In this document: positions 18,063-26,937 of the stretch, in pieces
Numbering within the stretch: position 1 is the first letter of the stretch
Layout: the number at the start of each line of letters is the position of its first letter
DNA from: an uncultured archaeon
Lineage (GTDB): Archaea > Asgardarchaeota > Lokiarchaeia > Sigyniarchaeales > SOKP01
NCBI GenBank assembly: GCA_964583985.1
Contig: CAZOYD010000045.1
Location: forward strand, 1 to 29,581
Length of the DNA stretch: 29,581 bases
Reading direction: 5' to 3'
The notes under the pieces: generated by a model
What the model saw: only the letters and a program-made list of their open reading frames with translations
The model's database searches: none
Told to the model about the DNA's origin: nothing
Made by a program: the position numbers and the translations under genes

Positions 18063-18326
18063 ATGGAAAGATTTTATAGTGTGATTAAAAAGCCGCTAAT
18101 AACAGAAAAAACATTTGATTTAATTGAAAGAGAAAATAAATTAGTATTTCTGGTTGAAAGAACATCAAATAAAAGTGAAATAAAAAGAGCTGTTGAAAAA
18201 ATACATAATGTTAAAGTTATACGGGTAAATACACTAATTACGCCTAAAGGAGAGAAAAAAGCCTTTATTAAATTACATCCTGATAATTCTGCACAAGATA
18301 TTGCCATTGATCTTGGCATTTTCTAA
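18063..18326 (+). CDS. rpl23: 50S ribosomal protein L23
   Basis: PLITEK...ENKLVFLV...VNTLITPKGEKKAFIKL. Confidence 0.97.
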   Translation: MERFYSVIKKPLITEKTFDLIERENKLVFLVERTSNKSEIKRAVEKIHNVKVIRVNTLITPKGEKKAFIKLHPDNSAQDIAIDLGIF

Positions 18327-19438
18327 TTCCACGAATTTTTTAATGAAGCATAATTAAATTGGGAAAAAACATCCATATCCAGTACTTTAAGATCTTTAAG
18401 TTGACTTATTTTTTCAATTTTGTTTAGTTTATCATACTCTTCTTCTTCTATAATAAGAATAATAATCTTATATTTTGAATAATATTTGTTTAATATTTTT
18501 GAAATATGATTAATGTCTGCTTCTTTAGTGATAAGGAATATTATTTTTTGTTCTATAAAAAATAGACATGGATTAATTTTTTGAAAACTAATATTATAAT
18601 TATTTAGACTACATTCGATTTCATCTGTAATCTCCCTTAGAGTTAATTTTATTTCAGTTTGTATACCGCAATCAGATTGTATTTTAGAGATTTGATTATT
18701 ATTTTTTAATGGTTTTCTCCAAATTATTGAAAAAACATCATTAAAATTTAGCCTAATGTTCTTTATTAATTCCCATTCGAAAAAGTTATTAATGTCTTCT
18801 TCGATAAAGGTTTTATCTTCTTGTAATTTTTCACTTACACAAATATATAAGGGGGTAGTTATAATTTTATTATGTTTATCAAATTGAACATTTAGCAGAA
18901 AGTAACCACCTAAATTTGAATCAATGAGATATTTTATAAAATTAGGAATTGAAATCACACTACTCTCATTTTTAAAGCGCAATTCATATAATTTAAAAAC
19001 TTTTGTCTCATTTTGGTTTTTTATCAGCAAGGAATTTAATGGTCTTATTAATTTGATATGTGAATTTAGATCATTTGTTAGTAATTCAAAAAAAATATTC
19101 TGAAGATTTTCATTTTTATAGAAACTCTTAATTTTACCCGTTTTATTCAAATACTCATAAACTATGTGAAAAGATCTAATAATGTTGTCTTTATTATCAT
19201 TATAATAGTTTATTACAATCAAATCCTCTCTCTTTTCCATAATATTAATTTGTACTGAAAAATAATTGATAACTCTTTCTTTTAACATCTGAATTAAATT
19301 TGGTAAAATATCTTGAAAATCTGAAACAAGGGCAATATTAAAAGCATTTAATTTATGATCTTTATTTAGACTTTTATAATAAATTAAAAAATCATTAACT
19401 AAAAATGAAGAAAGCTTAAATTTACTTTTTTTGGGCAT
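18323..19438 (-). CDS. Hypothetical 371-aa soluble protein
   Basis: Long ORF with mixed alpha/beta character and no recognisable motif; 4-nt tail-to-tail overlap with rpl23. Confidence 0.65.
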   Translation of the reverse strand: MPKKSKFKLSSFLVNDFLIYYKSLNKDHKLNAFNIALVSDFQDILPNLIQMLKERVINYFSVQINIMEKREDLIVINYYNDNKDNIIRSFHIVYEYLNKTGKIKSFYKNENLQNIFFELLTNDLNSHIKLIRPLNSLLIKNQNETKVFKLYELRFKNESSVISIPNFIKYLIDSNLGGYFLLNVQFDKHNKIITTPLYICVSEKLQEDKTFIEEDINNFFEWELIKNIRLNFNDVFSIIWRKPLKNNNQISKIQSDCGIQTEIKLTLREITDEIECSLNNYNISFQKINPCLFFIEQKIIFLITKEADINHISKILNKYYSKYKIIILIIEEEEYDKLNKIEKISQLKDLKVLDMDVFSQFNYASLKNSWN

Positions 19439-19581
19439 TTCATTAGATTTTTTAGATAAAAATATAAAAACAACTGCTTTTTTTATTTTGAAGAAGAAAA
19501 ATAATTTTATAAGTAGGAATGAAAGAATTAAAATTTGTCAAAATTATTGTTTAAATATTAATAAATTTAAGGAGATTATAT

Positions 19582-19764
19582 TTGAGTAAATTTGATAGAT
19601 ATAAAAAAGCAAATGAACTGTATATTTATCCTCATAAGCACTGTGAAAAATGTGGAGAAATGATAGAAGAAGCGAACAATTATTGTTCTGAATGCTATAA
19701 AAAGATTCAACAAAAAAAAGAAAAGAAGAGACGTCTAAAATTTAAAAAAAAAGAAAAGCAATAA
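19582..19764 (+). CDS. DUF2116-like Zn-ribbon protein
   Basis: PHKHCEKCG...YCSEC followed by a basic tail; AAGGAG SD before the TTG. Confidence 0.72.
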   Translation: MSKFDRYKKANELYIYPHKHCEKCGEMIEEANNYCSECYKKIQQKKEKKRRLKFKKKEKQ

Positions 19765-19770
19765 TATAAA

Positions 19771-21480
19771 TCATTTATCTAGAAAATTTAATCTCTGTTG
19801 TAACCATTCTTTATCTAAGAGAGAAATAAATGATCCGAGTCTTGGACCTGAATTCTTGCCAAGAATAACTAAATAGAATGCCTCAAATAATTCTTTTGGA
19901 TTAATTTGCAGACCATGTTTGGCAATTGTATAAATTTTATTTTGGATCTTTTCAGCATTCATATTTTCCTCTTTTAGAATAAAATCCCTAAATAATTTAA
20001 GACCTGAAATTTGATTCTTATTGAGTTTATCTATAAATGAATCGTCAATCTCAACTGGAATTGAAAAGATACCGATTTTATTCATATATGCCTTTTTTTT
20101 CTTTTCATTATCGATTTTTTTTAAGATGGATTTGACTTCTGTTATCCAATTTGTAGTTTTTAAAAGTAATTTAGTGAATTCTTCAAATGTTATCTCTGTT
20201 GCCTCTTTATCCACCCAAGAAAGCGCTTTTTTAAAGAGATTTTCTTTACTTAGAAGATTTTGTATTTGGGATAAGAATATCATTTTATTAAATGGAATTC
20301 TTATAGGTATAGTCTTGGGAACATTTTCAATCTTTGTTAAGGGATATAGATACTTAAAGAAATCTTTTTCTTGCTTAGATTCTGCTTCTTCGACGTTGTA
20401 ATATATATCCTCCATCTTTTCATAATAATTATAATATTGTGAGAGTTCTTCAATTCTCAATGAAATGTGTTTCATTGGATTTGTCCGTAATATGATCATT
20501 CTGTAGATTTCTGGGTCTGCTAATTCTTGAAATCTCTTCGGAGTAAAAACAATCCCTTTAGAAGTTTTCATATCTTGATCGCCTAATCTCAACCATTCAT
20601 AAGATAATTTAACGGGTCCTCGATATTTATATATTCGTTGGCATATCTCTAATCCTGTATCATAAGATCCTCCCTTGACACAGTGATCTTTTCCTGCAGG
20701 TTCACAGGAAGTATTAAATAAAGCCCATTTAGCGGGCCAATCTACACGCCAATTTAACTTCAGCCGACCACTGAATATGGGAATTTTTCCTTGATAACCA
20801 CATGCTGGACAAATATAGGACACACTATGATCATCTTTAAAATAAGAAATCACTCTGTTTGGTTTTATGGATCCATCCTTATCTTTCCATAGAATTCTAT
20901 CACATTTTTCACATAAGACCATTACCGGCATCCAAGATTTTTGCATTTCTACAAAGTTCTCTTTTTTTTCCTCATCTAAAGTCGGAAAGATATATTTTTT
21001 TAAAATTTTTTTTATCTCGTCTGTATTTTCCAAGGCGATGTTAATTTGTTCTTGCATGCCCTTTTCTTTATAAAGAGTAAACGCCCATATAATCTCATTT
21101 TTAATACCAAAACCTTTGAATGTAGAAATAAGTTCATTTCCGAAGTGTCTTGCATAACTCTCACATCCACAATCATTAAATGGACATGGTATTAGTGCAA
21201 ATGGTTTTCCTATATGTTCTTGTTGGAACTTAATATCAATATAATCAGGAAATCTTTTTGCAGCATCAAAATCATCCAAAAAGAGATAAAAATTTACATT
21301 TTTTCCTCTTTCATTAAAAATTCGTTTTAAAGCATCACAAATAATAATTTCTCTTAAAATCCCAATATGAATGTGCCCTGATGGCGTTTTTCCCGTAGAT
21401 AAAGTCACTTTCGGAGGTTTCCTACTCATAATTTGTTCTACTGTATCTTCAAGCCAATGAACTGAAAATTCTCTACTCAT
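19771..21480 (-). CDS. lysS: Class I lysyl-tRNA synthetase
   Basis: HW, TPSGHIHIG (HIGH), KLNWRVDWPAKW, EPAGKDH, MKTSKG (KMSKS-like), GPRLG. Confidence 0.97.
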   Translation of the reverse strand: MSREFSVHWLEDTVEQIMSRKPPKVTLSTGKTPSGHIHIGILREIIICDALKRIFNERGKNVNFYLFLDDFDAAKRFPDYIDIKFQQEHIGKPFALIPCPFNDCGCESYARHFGNELISTFKGFGIKNEIIWAFTLYKEKGMQEQINIALENTDEIKKILKKYIFPTLDEEKKENFVEMQKSWMPVMVLCEKCDRILWKDKDGSIKPNRVISYFKDDHSVSYICPACGYQGKIPIFSGRLKLNWRVDWPAKWALFNTSCEPAGKDHCVKGGSYDTGLEICQRIYKYRGPVKLSYEWLRLGDQDMKTSKGIVFTPKRFQELADPEIYRMIILRTNPMKHISLRIEELSQYYNYYEKMEDIYYNVEEAESKQEKDFFKYLYPLTKIENVPKTIPIRIPFNKMIFLSQIQNLLSKENLFKKALSWVDKEATEITFEEFTKLLLKTTNWITEVKSILKKIDNEKKKKAYMNKIGIFSIPVEIDDSFIDKLNKNQISGLKLFRDFILKEENMNAEKIQNKIYTIAKHGLQINPKELFEAFYLVILGKNSGPRLGSFISLLDKEWLQQRLNFLDK

Positions 21481-21568
21481 ACATCATCCCTTATTAATCC
21501 GTTTTCCTAATTGAATAAATGATAAAAATTATTTATCATTTTGCATTTTAAAATGTAGTGGATAAATT

Positions 21569-23377
21569 ATGAGAATTGCTGTTCTTAATAAGGATCGTTG
21601 CAAACCCGATAAATGTAGTCCATTTGGAGAAAAACCTTGTATTAAATATTGTCCTAAGGTAAGAACTGGAGATAAAACAATAACATTAAATTCGGATGGT
21701 AAAAGTGTATTTATTACCGAAAATCTATGCACTGGATGTGGAATATGTATTAAAAAGTGTCCTTTCAATGCAATTAGTATTGTTAATTTACCAGATCCAT
21801 TAGAAAGCCAAATAACTTATCGTTATGGTCCTGATCAATTTTCTCTTTTCAGAATGGCCATACCAAAAAAAGGGAAAGTGCTAGGATTAATTGGTCAAAA
21901 TGGGATTGGAAAAAGTACTATGCTTAATATCTTATCTGGTGAATTGAAAATGAATTTAGGGCGTTTTGGAAATAATGAACCCGAACCAGATGAAATAATC
22001 AATTTTTTTAGAGGATCTGAGCTTCAGCAATATTTTATTGATATGAAATCCCAAAAAAATAAGATTATTCTGAAACCACAAAATATTACTTCAATTCCAA
22101 AATTTATTTCAGGAAAAGTATTTGATTTGTTAGAAAAAAATGATGTTGGAGGAGAACTAGAACAAATTATTGATAAATTGAATTTAAGAGAAATTTTAGA
22201 TCGAGAAGTTTCTGTTTTATCGGGAGGCGAATTACAACGAGTTACAATAGCAGCAGCTTATCTTAAGGATGGGGATGTATACTTAATAGATGAACCAAGC
22301 TCTTATCTTGATGTTAGTGAAAGGATTAATATGGCCAAATTAATAAGATCACTTACTGATAAGGGAAAGACCGTTATTGTCGTAGAACATGATTTAGCCA
22401 TTTTAGATTATTTAAGTGATTATATATCTTTATTTTATGGTATTCCCGGCGTTTATGGAATAATTTCACATCCTCAAGGAGTAAGAGTAGGTATTAATAT
22501 ATATCTTAATGGATACATAAAGGATGAAAATGTGAGGATTAGAGAGAATCCTATTCAATTTCATGAACGCCCACCAATAAATTCTATTTTTGATTCTGGG
22601 AGTATAATTTTTACGTATAAGGATTTAAAAACTCATTTAGGAAATTTTGAATTAGAAGTTTCAGGGAGTGAAATTCATGCTGGTGAAATAATAGGGATTT
22701 TGGGACCAAATGGAATTGGCAAGTCAACGTTTATAAATCTGATTGCAAGTGAGGCTAAATCATTTTACAAGGCTCAGGATTATGAAGAAAAAAAACTAAA
22801 AGTGTCAATAAAACCGCAATATATTAAAATAGAGGATTTAAAAATGGTTTCAGAATTGATAATGAAAATAAAACTCTCAGCTCATCTAAGTCAATCGTAT
22901 AAAAAACGTCTCTTAAATAGTCTAAAACTAGAAGATATTAAAAATCGAAAAGTTTCTGAATTAAGTGGTGGTGAATTACAAAGAGTTGCTATAGCAAAAT
23001 GCATTACTACAGAAGCAGATATATATTTGCTGGATGAACCATCAGCATTTTTAGATGTTGAAATGAGATTAAGTGTTGCTCAGCTTCTAAGAAAATCTAT
23101 TGAAGAGTTGAAAAAAGCTGCTTTTGTTGTTGAACATGATATTGTTACCCAAGATTTTATAGCTGATTCTATTTTAGTTTTTGAAGGATCTCCAGGGTTA
23201 AAAGGAAAAGCTTTGTCTCCACAAAATTTAAGAGAAGGATTTAATCAGTTTTTGAAAATGATGGAAATTACATTCAGAAGGGATCCTATTAGCAAACGTC
23301 CACGGGTAAATAAACTTCATAGCAATAAAGATAATTATCAAAAGAGTATCAATGAATATTATTATATTCCTGAATGA
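21569..23377 (+). CDS. rli: Ribosome recycling ATPase ABCE1/RLI
   Basis: MRIAV...two Fe-S Cys clusters, two ABC domains (GQNGIGKST, GPNGIGKST, LSGGELQR twice), FRRDP...PRVNK. Confidence 0.97.
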   Translation: MRIAVLNKDRCKPDKCSPFGEKPCIKYCPKVRTGDKTITLNSDGKSVFITENLCTGCGICIKKCPFNAISIVNLPDPLESQITYRYGPDQFSLFRMAIPKKGKVLGLIGQNGIGKSTMLNILSGELKMNLGRFGNNEPEPDEIINFFRGSELQQYFIDMKSQKNKIILKPQNITSIPKFISGKVFDLLEKNDVGGELEQIIDKLNLREILDREVSVLSGGELQRVTIAAAYLKDGDVYLIDEPSSYLDVSERINMAKLIRSLTDKGKTVIVVEHDLAILDYLSDYISLFYGIPGVYGIISHPQGVRVGINIYLNGYIKDENVRIRENPIQFHERPPINSIFDSGSIIFTYKDLKTHLGNFELEVSGSEIHAGEIIGILGPNGIGKSTFINLIASEAKSFYKAQDYEEKKLKVSIKPQYIKIEDLKMVSELIMKIKLSAHLSQSYKKRLLNSLKLEDIKNRKVSELSGGELQRVAIAKCITTEADIYLLDEPSAFLDVEMRLSVAQLLRKSIEELKKAAFVVEHDIVTQDFIADSILVFEGSPGLKGKALSPQNLREGFNQFLKMMEITFRRDPISKRPRVNKLHSNKDNYQKSINEYYYIPE

Positions 23378-23621
23378 ATTTTTTTTATTTACTCCATCAT
23401 TTCTACTGCAAATCTTAAAATATTTTTTTGATAGATTCAGGAACTCTAGTTATGAATTAATAAAATAACTTAAATATAATGCAAATCGATATTAATAGGG
23501 GCCGTTAAACTATAAACATATATACACTTAATTTTAATAAGTTAAACTATTTTGCAATGGAAATAATGCAGTATTTATTTTTTTATTATAAAAAAATATA
23601 AAAAAAAATTTTTTTACGGAA

Positions 23622-23876
23622 TTATTCAGTAACCTTCCAAAAAACTAGAGGTCTTCCTCGATTTCCATAATTTCGTGTAAATTTTTCTAATAATTTTCTT
23701 TTCTGTAATTTCAATAAATTATCATAGATTGTGGTCCTAGGAATACTTAAATGATTAACTAATTCTTTACGGGTTGTTGGACCTTTCTCATATAATAATT
23801 TTATTAAACTATTTTGTAATGGTGTTAAAATTTCATTCATTTCAATATTTTCTTCTATATAAATTTTGTTGGCCAT
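23622..23876 (-). CDS. Small winged-helix regulator (TrmB/ArsR-like HTH)
   Basis: GPTTRKELVNHLSIPRTTIYDNLLKL...RGRPLVFW. Confidence 0.8.
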   Translation of the reverse strand: MANKIYIEENIEMNEILTPLQNSLIKLLYEKGPTTRKELVNHLSIPRTTIYDNLLKLQKRKLLEKFTRNYGNRGRPLVFWKVTE

Positions 23877-23909
23877 AATTTATCCCTCCACAATATTCTT
23901 AATTTTAAA

Positions 23910-23931
23910 TTCGACAATTTTTCGACAATTT
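23910..23931. repeat. Perfect tandem 11-bp direct repeat (TTCGACAATTT)x2
   Basis: Seen directly at 23910-23920 and 23921-23931, between two divergent DNA-binding protein genes. Confidence 0.8.
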
Positions 23932-24084
23932 AAATCTAAATTCTTAAATAGATTTTATAATAGAATATAAACTCATAGAATATATAAAGATGCTTATTTA
24001 TGCATTATTATCATCAACAAGCATAAATTTATAAACGACAAAAAAAATTAATATCATAGTTTAGAGGAGAGAAATAGATCAAAA

Positions 24085-24453
24085 ATGACTGATACCGCAC
24101 GAACAACAGTAACTTTGAGCAAAATTAGTATGAATCAAGTTGAAGAGCTAGTAGGAGTATTCGGTAATACTCCGGCATCAGTAATTAGTAGAATTGTGGA
24201 ACATTTCTTTGATTATGGTAGATTTGATGATGTTTTAGAAAAATTAAGAGCAAAAAAAAGAAAATTATACCCTCCTGATGAGCAAGTTCTAAGAACTAAA
24301 ATCATAGACTTATTTAAAGGAGGAGATAAGATCCCTTTTGAAGATTTTATAAATTATTTGGAAGTAGATAAAAATTTTGCTTTAAAAAATCTACATGAAT
24401 GGTCGAAAAAATTTGATATTAAAGTTGAAGAAAACTTAGTTATTAAACAATAA
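24085..24453 (+). CDS. Ribbon-helix-helix (CopG-like) protein with small C-terminal helical/wH domain
   Basis: ARTTVTLS...VEELVGVFGNTPASVISRIVEHF is an RHH pattern; GAGGAG upstream. Confidence 0.7.
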   Translation: MTDTARTTVTLSKISMNQVEELVGVFGNTPASVISRIVEHFFDYGRFDDVLEKLRAKKRKLYPPDEQVLRTKIIDLFKGGDKIPFEDFINYLEVDKNFALKNLHEWSKKFDIKVEENLVIKQ

Positions 24454-24561
24454 CAGTCAAAATCATTTCATATTTATGCATATTTTAATTCAATATCCAC
24501 TATAGTTAATAGTATCTTAAATCCTATTATCATAATTGCTTAAATTCAAGAATGACAAGAT

Positions 24562-24768
24562 TTAACCTCCAAAAATAGTGAAAAAATCATTAGATAATCC
24601 TAATGTCCAATTTAAGATAGAGGTAATTACACTTATAATTATAAAAAATACAAATAATGCAAATCCAAGGAGTAAAGCATATTCAACTAAATTACCTCCA
24701 TAATCATCCAAAGAAAATTCTAAGAATTTATTTTTTATTTTATTTAACAGATATTTGAGCTTTTTCAT
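24562..24768 (-). CDS. Flp/Fap-type (type IVc) prepilin
   Basis: 68 aa: basic amphipathic leader, DDYG|GNLVEYALLLG (G-1, E+5, Y+6), TM helix and short tail. Confidence 0.8.
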   Translation of the reverse strand: MKKLKYLLNKIKNKFLEFSLDDYGGNLVEYALLLGFALFVFFIIISVITSILNWTLGLSNDFFTIFGG

Positions 24769-24847
24769 GTAATTGTTATTGATTTTTTAATATTTTATTT
24801 ATAAAAAGCTTTAAAAACTAAACTATTATTTAGTTGTATATAGGATC

Positions 24848-25261
24848 CTATCTCTTTAATAAATCCAACATTTTTTGAAGATATTCTTCACTTGCCTGAG
24901 TTCTGGGAATTCTTATTTTAAATTTTGTATCATCTATAGTCCTTGGAATAATATGAAAATGGCAGTGATTAACTGCTTGTCCTGCTGCTGAGAAATTATT
25001 TTGTAGAATATTATAACCATCAACATTTAATTTTTGTCTGATTTTAATTGATAATTCTTTAACAATTATTATTACCTTTGCTAGGATACTATTGGGAATA
25101 TCTTCAATGTTTAAATAGTGTTCTTTTGGAATAACAATCGTATGACCATTAGAGACAGGAAATATATCTAGAAAAGCTAAAATTAACTCATCTTCATAAA
25201 TTATATTAGAAGGAATAGATTTATCGATAATTTGACAAAAAATGCAATCTTTTTTTTTCAA
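24848..25261 (-). CDS. hit: HIT-family nucleotide hydrolase
   Basis: DCIFCQI, FLDIFP, GHTIVIPK, AGQAVNHCHFHIIPR. Confidence 0.95.
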   Translation of the reverse strand: MKKKDCIFCQIIDKSIPSNIIYEDELILAFLDIFPVSNGHTIVIPKEHYLNIEDIPNSILAKVIIIVKELSIKIRQKLNVDGYNILQNNFSAAGQAVNHCHFHIIPRTIDDTKFKIRIPRTQASEEYLQKMLDLLKR

Positions 25262-25398
25262 AAATTAACTCACACCGTATTTAGAATTTCAGATTATTGA
25301 ATAGTTTAATTTTCAAGATAATAAATATTTTAATAAACCTTCAGACGGTTATTTTTTTTTAGAATTGATTTAAATATATTTCATATCTCACTATTACA

Positions 25399-26223
25399 AT
25401 GAAGAGTATGTATCTTACTGAAATTGAAACAATTTTAAAAAGTAAAATCTCCCCAAAATGTTATCAAATGGATTCAGAAATATATGGATTTCACTATAAT
25501 AGAACAAATAGAGAAAAATTTGTTAAGAAAATAGTGTTAACTGTTGATTTGAGTTTAGAATCGATTCATTATGCTATTAAAAATAAAGCAAGTTTAATAA
25601 TCTCTCATCATGGCCTATTTCAAGAAGTGCTTAGGAATTTTGATCCTCATCTGATCAATAAATTGTCCTTACTATCAAGATATCCAATTTCAATTTATAT
25701 CTTAAATACACCATTCATTGCAGCAGAGGGAGGAATTTCCGAAACAATAATGGAGGCATTGTATCTTAAATTAGATCGCCCGTTATATATAAAAAATAGC
25801 ACTGGAATTAAAATACCTTTAGGGAGAATTTGTTATCCCGAGATGTATCCAGGTAAAAAAACTAGTATGAATTTAGAAGACCTATTAAAGCGCATAAAAG
25901 TTAATCTTGACATGAAATCAATATCTTATGTAGGTGTATTGTTAAAAGAAATTAATCGAATTTGCATTGTAGGAGGAAATTATATAAATGAATACATAAT
26001 TAGAAAAGTAATTCGAAAAGGGTGTGATTGTTATATCTCCTTTAATATTGATCATTATCTAGCAAGCTTAGCTCGTGATTTAGGCCTAACTCTTATAGAA
26101 GCTTCTCATTATAATAGTGAAATTATGGCTTTAAGAAAGTTGTGCAATTTTTTTAGCTTAGAGTTTCCACAAACAGAATTTATGCTATTTGAATCAAGAA
26201 ATCCGATTAATTTTTTTGCATGA
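25399..26223 (+). CDS. NIF3/YbgI-family protein (partly degenerate metal site)
   Basis: LTVD, LIISHHG and EASHYNSE motifs. Confidence 0.85.
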   Translation: MKSMYLTEIETILKSKISPKCYQMDSEIYGFHYNRTNREKFVKKIVLTVDLSLESIHYAIKNKASLIISHHGLFQEVLRNFDPHLINKLSLLSRYPISIYILNTPFIAAEGGISETIMEALYLKLDRPLYIKNSTGIKIPLGRICYPEMYPGKKTSMNLEDLLKRIKVNLDMKSISYVGVLLKEINRICIVGGNYINEYIIRKVIRKGCDCYISFNIDHYLASLARDLGLTLIEASHYNSEIMALRKLCNFFSLEFPQTEFMLFESRNPINFFA

Positions 26224-26341
26224 TTTTTCTAAAATTTAAGATTTGAAGAATAAAATTGGAACTTTAATACAAACGCAATTAAATTAAAATAGGTGTAATA
26301 GATCATTATTTTATTAATATTAAAATGAGATTAGATTTTAA

Positions 26342-26923
26342 ATGCCATTAATGGAATATAATGGAAGAACTCCTACTATAAGTGAAAAAAGTTATGTATC
26401 ACCAATGTCTACACTTATAGGAGACGTAAAAATTAATGATAATGTAATAATTTGGCCAGGGGCTATCATTCGAGCAGAAAACTCACCAATTAATATTGGT
26501 GAATATACAACTATATTTGATGGAGTTATTTTATTCACAAGATCTCGAAAAAGCTCAATACATATTGGGCGATATTGCATTATTGAATCAGGAGTGACTA
26601 TTTTAGGGTGTTTTATGGAGGATTACGTACAAATTATGGAAGGATCATTAATTTATGAAGAATCATCGTTAGGTGAGGGGACAATTATATTAAATAAAAG
26701 TCAAGTCCCTCCAGGTTTGACTGTACCAGCAAGATCTGTATTGCGAGGTATTCCTGTAGAACCAATAAGAGAACAATCAAGAAACGAGGTATTAAAACAA
26801 AAAGAACGTGCAGAACATTATTCTCAACTCTTTATTAAGATCAAAAATCAACTCCCTAATGCACAGAGTTATGTATTAACATTACCAGATTTCTTAAAAC
26901 TCTATATTAAAAAAGAAACATAA
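26342..26923 (+). CDS. Gamma-carbonic-anhydrase-like left-handed beta-helix protein, non-canonical
   Basis: Hexapeptide repeats, LIGDVKI...IWPGAIIRAE...IG...VPPG...GIPVEPIR; the His ligands are absent. Confidence 0.85.
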   Translation: MPLMEYNGRTPTISEKSYVSPMSTLIGDVKINDNVIIWPGAIIRAENSPINIGEYTTIFDGVILFTRSRKSSIHIGRYCIIESGVTILGCFMEDYVQIMEGSLIYEESSLGEGTIILNKSQVPPGLTVPARSVLRGIPVEPIREQSRNEVLKQKERAEHYSQLFIKIKNQLPNAQSYVLTLPDFLKLYIKKET

Positions 26924-26937
26924 AAGAAAAATATTAT

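Noticed and set aside
17290-18319. Three minus-strand ORFs (17290-17514, 17758-17943, 18074-18319)
   Set aside because: Antisense shadows of rpl4 and rpl23.
20021-21768. ORFs 20021-20401, 20859-21044, 20867-21073 and 21529-21768
   Set aside because: Antisense shadows of lysS and ABCE1.
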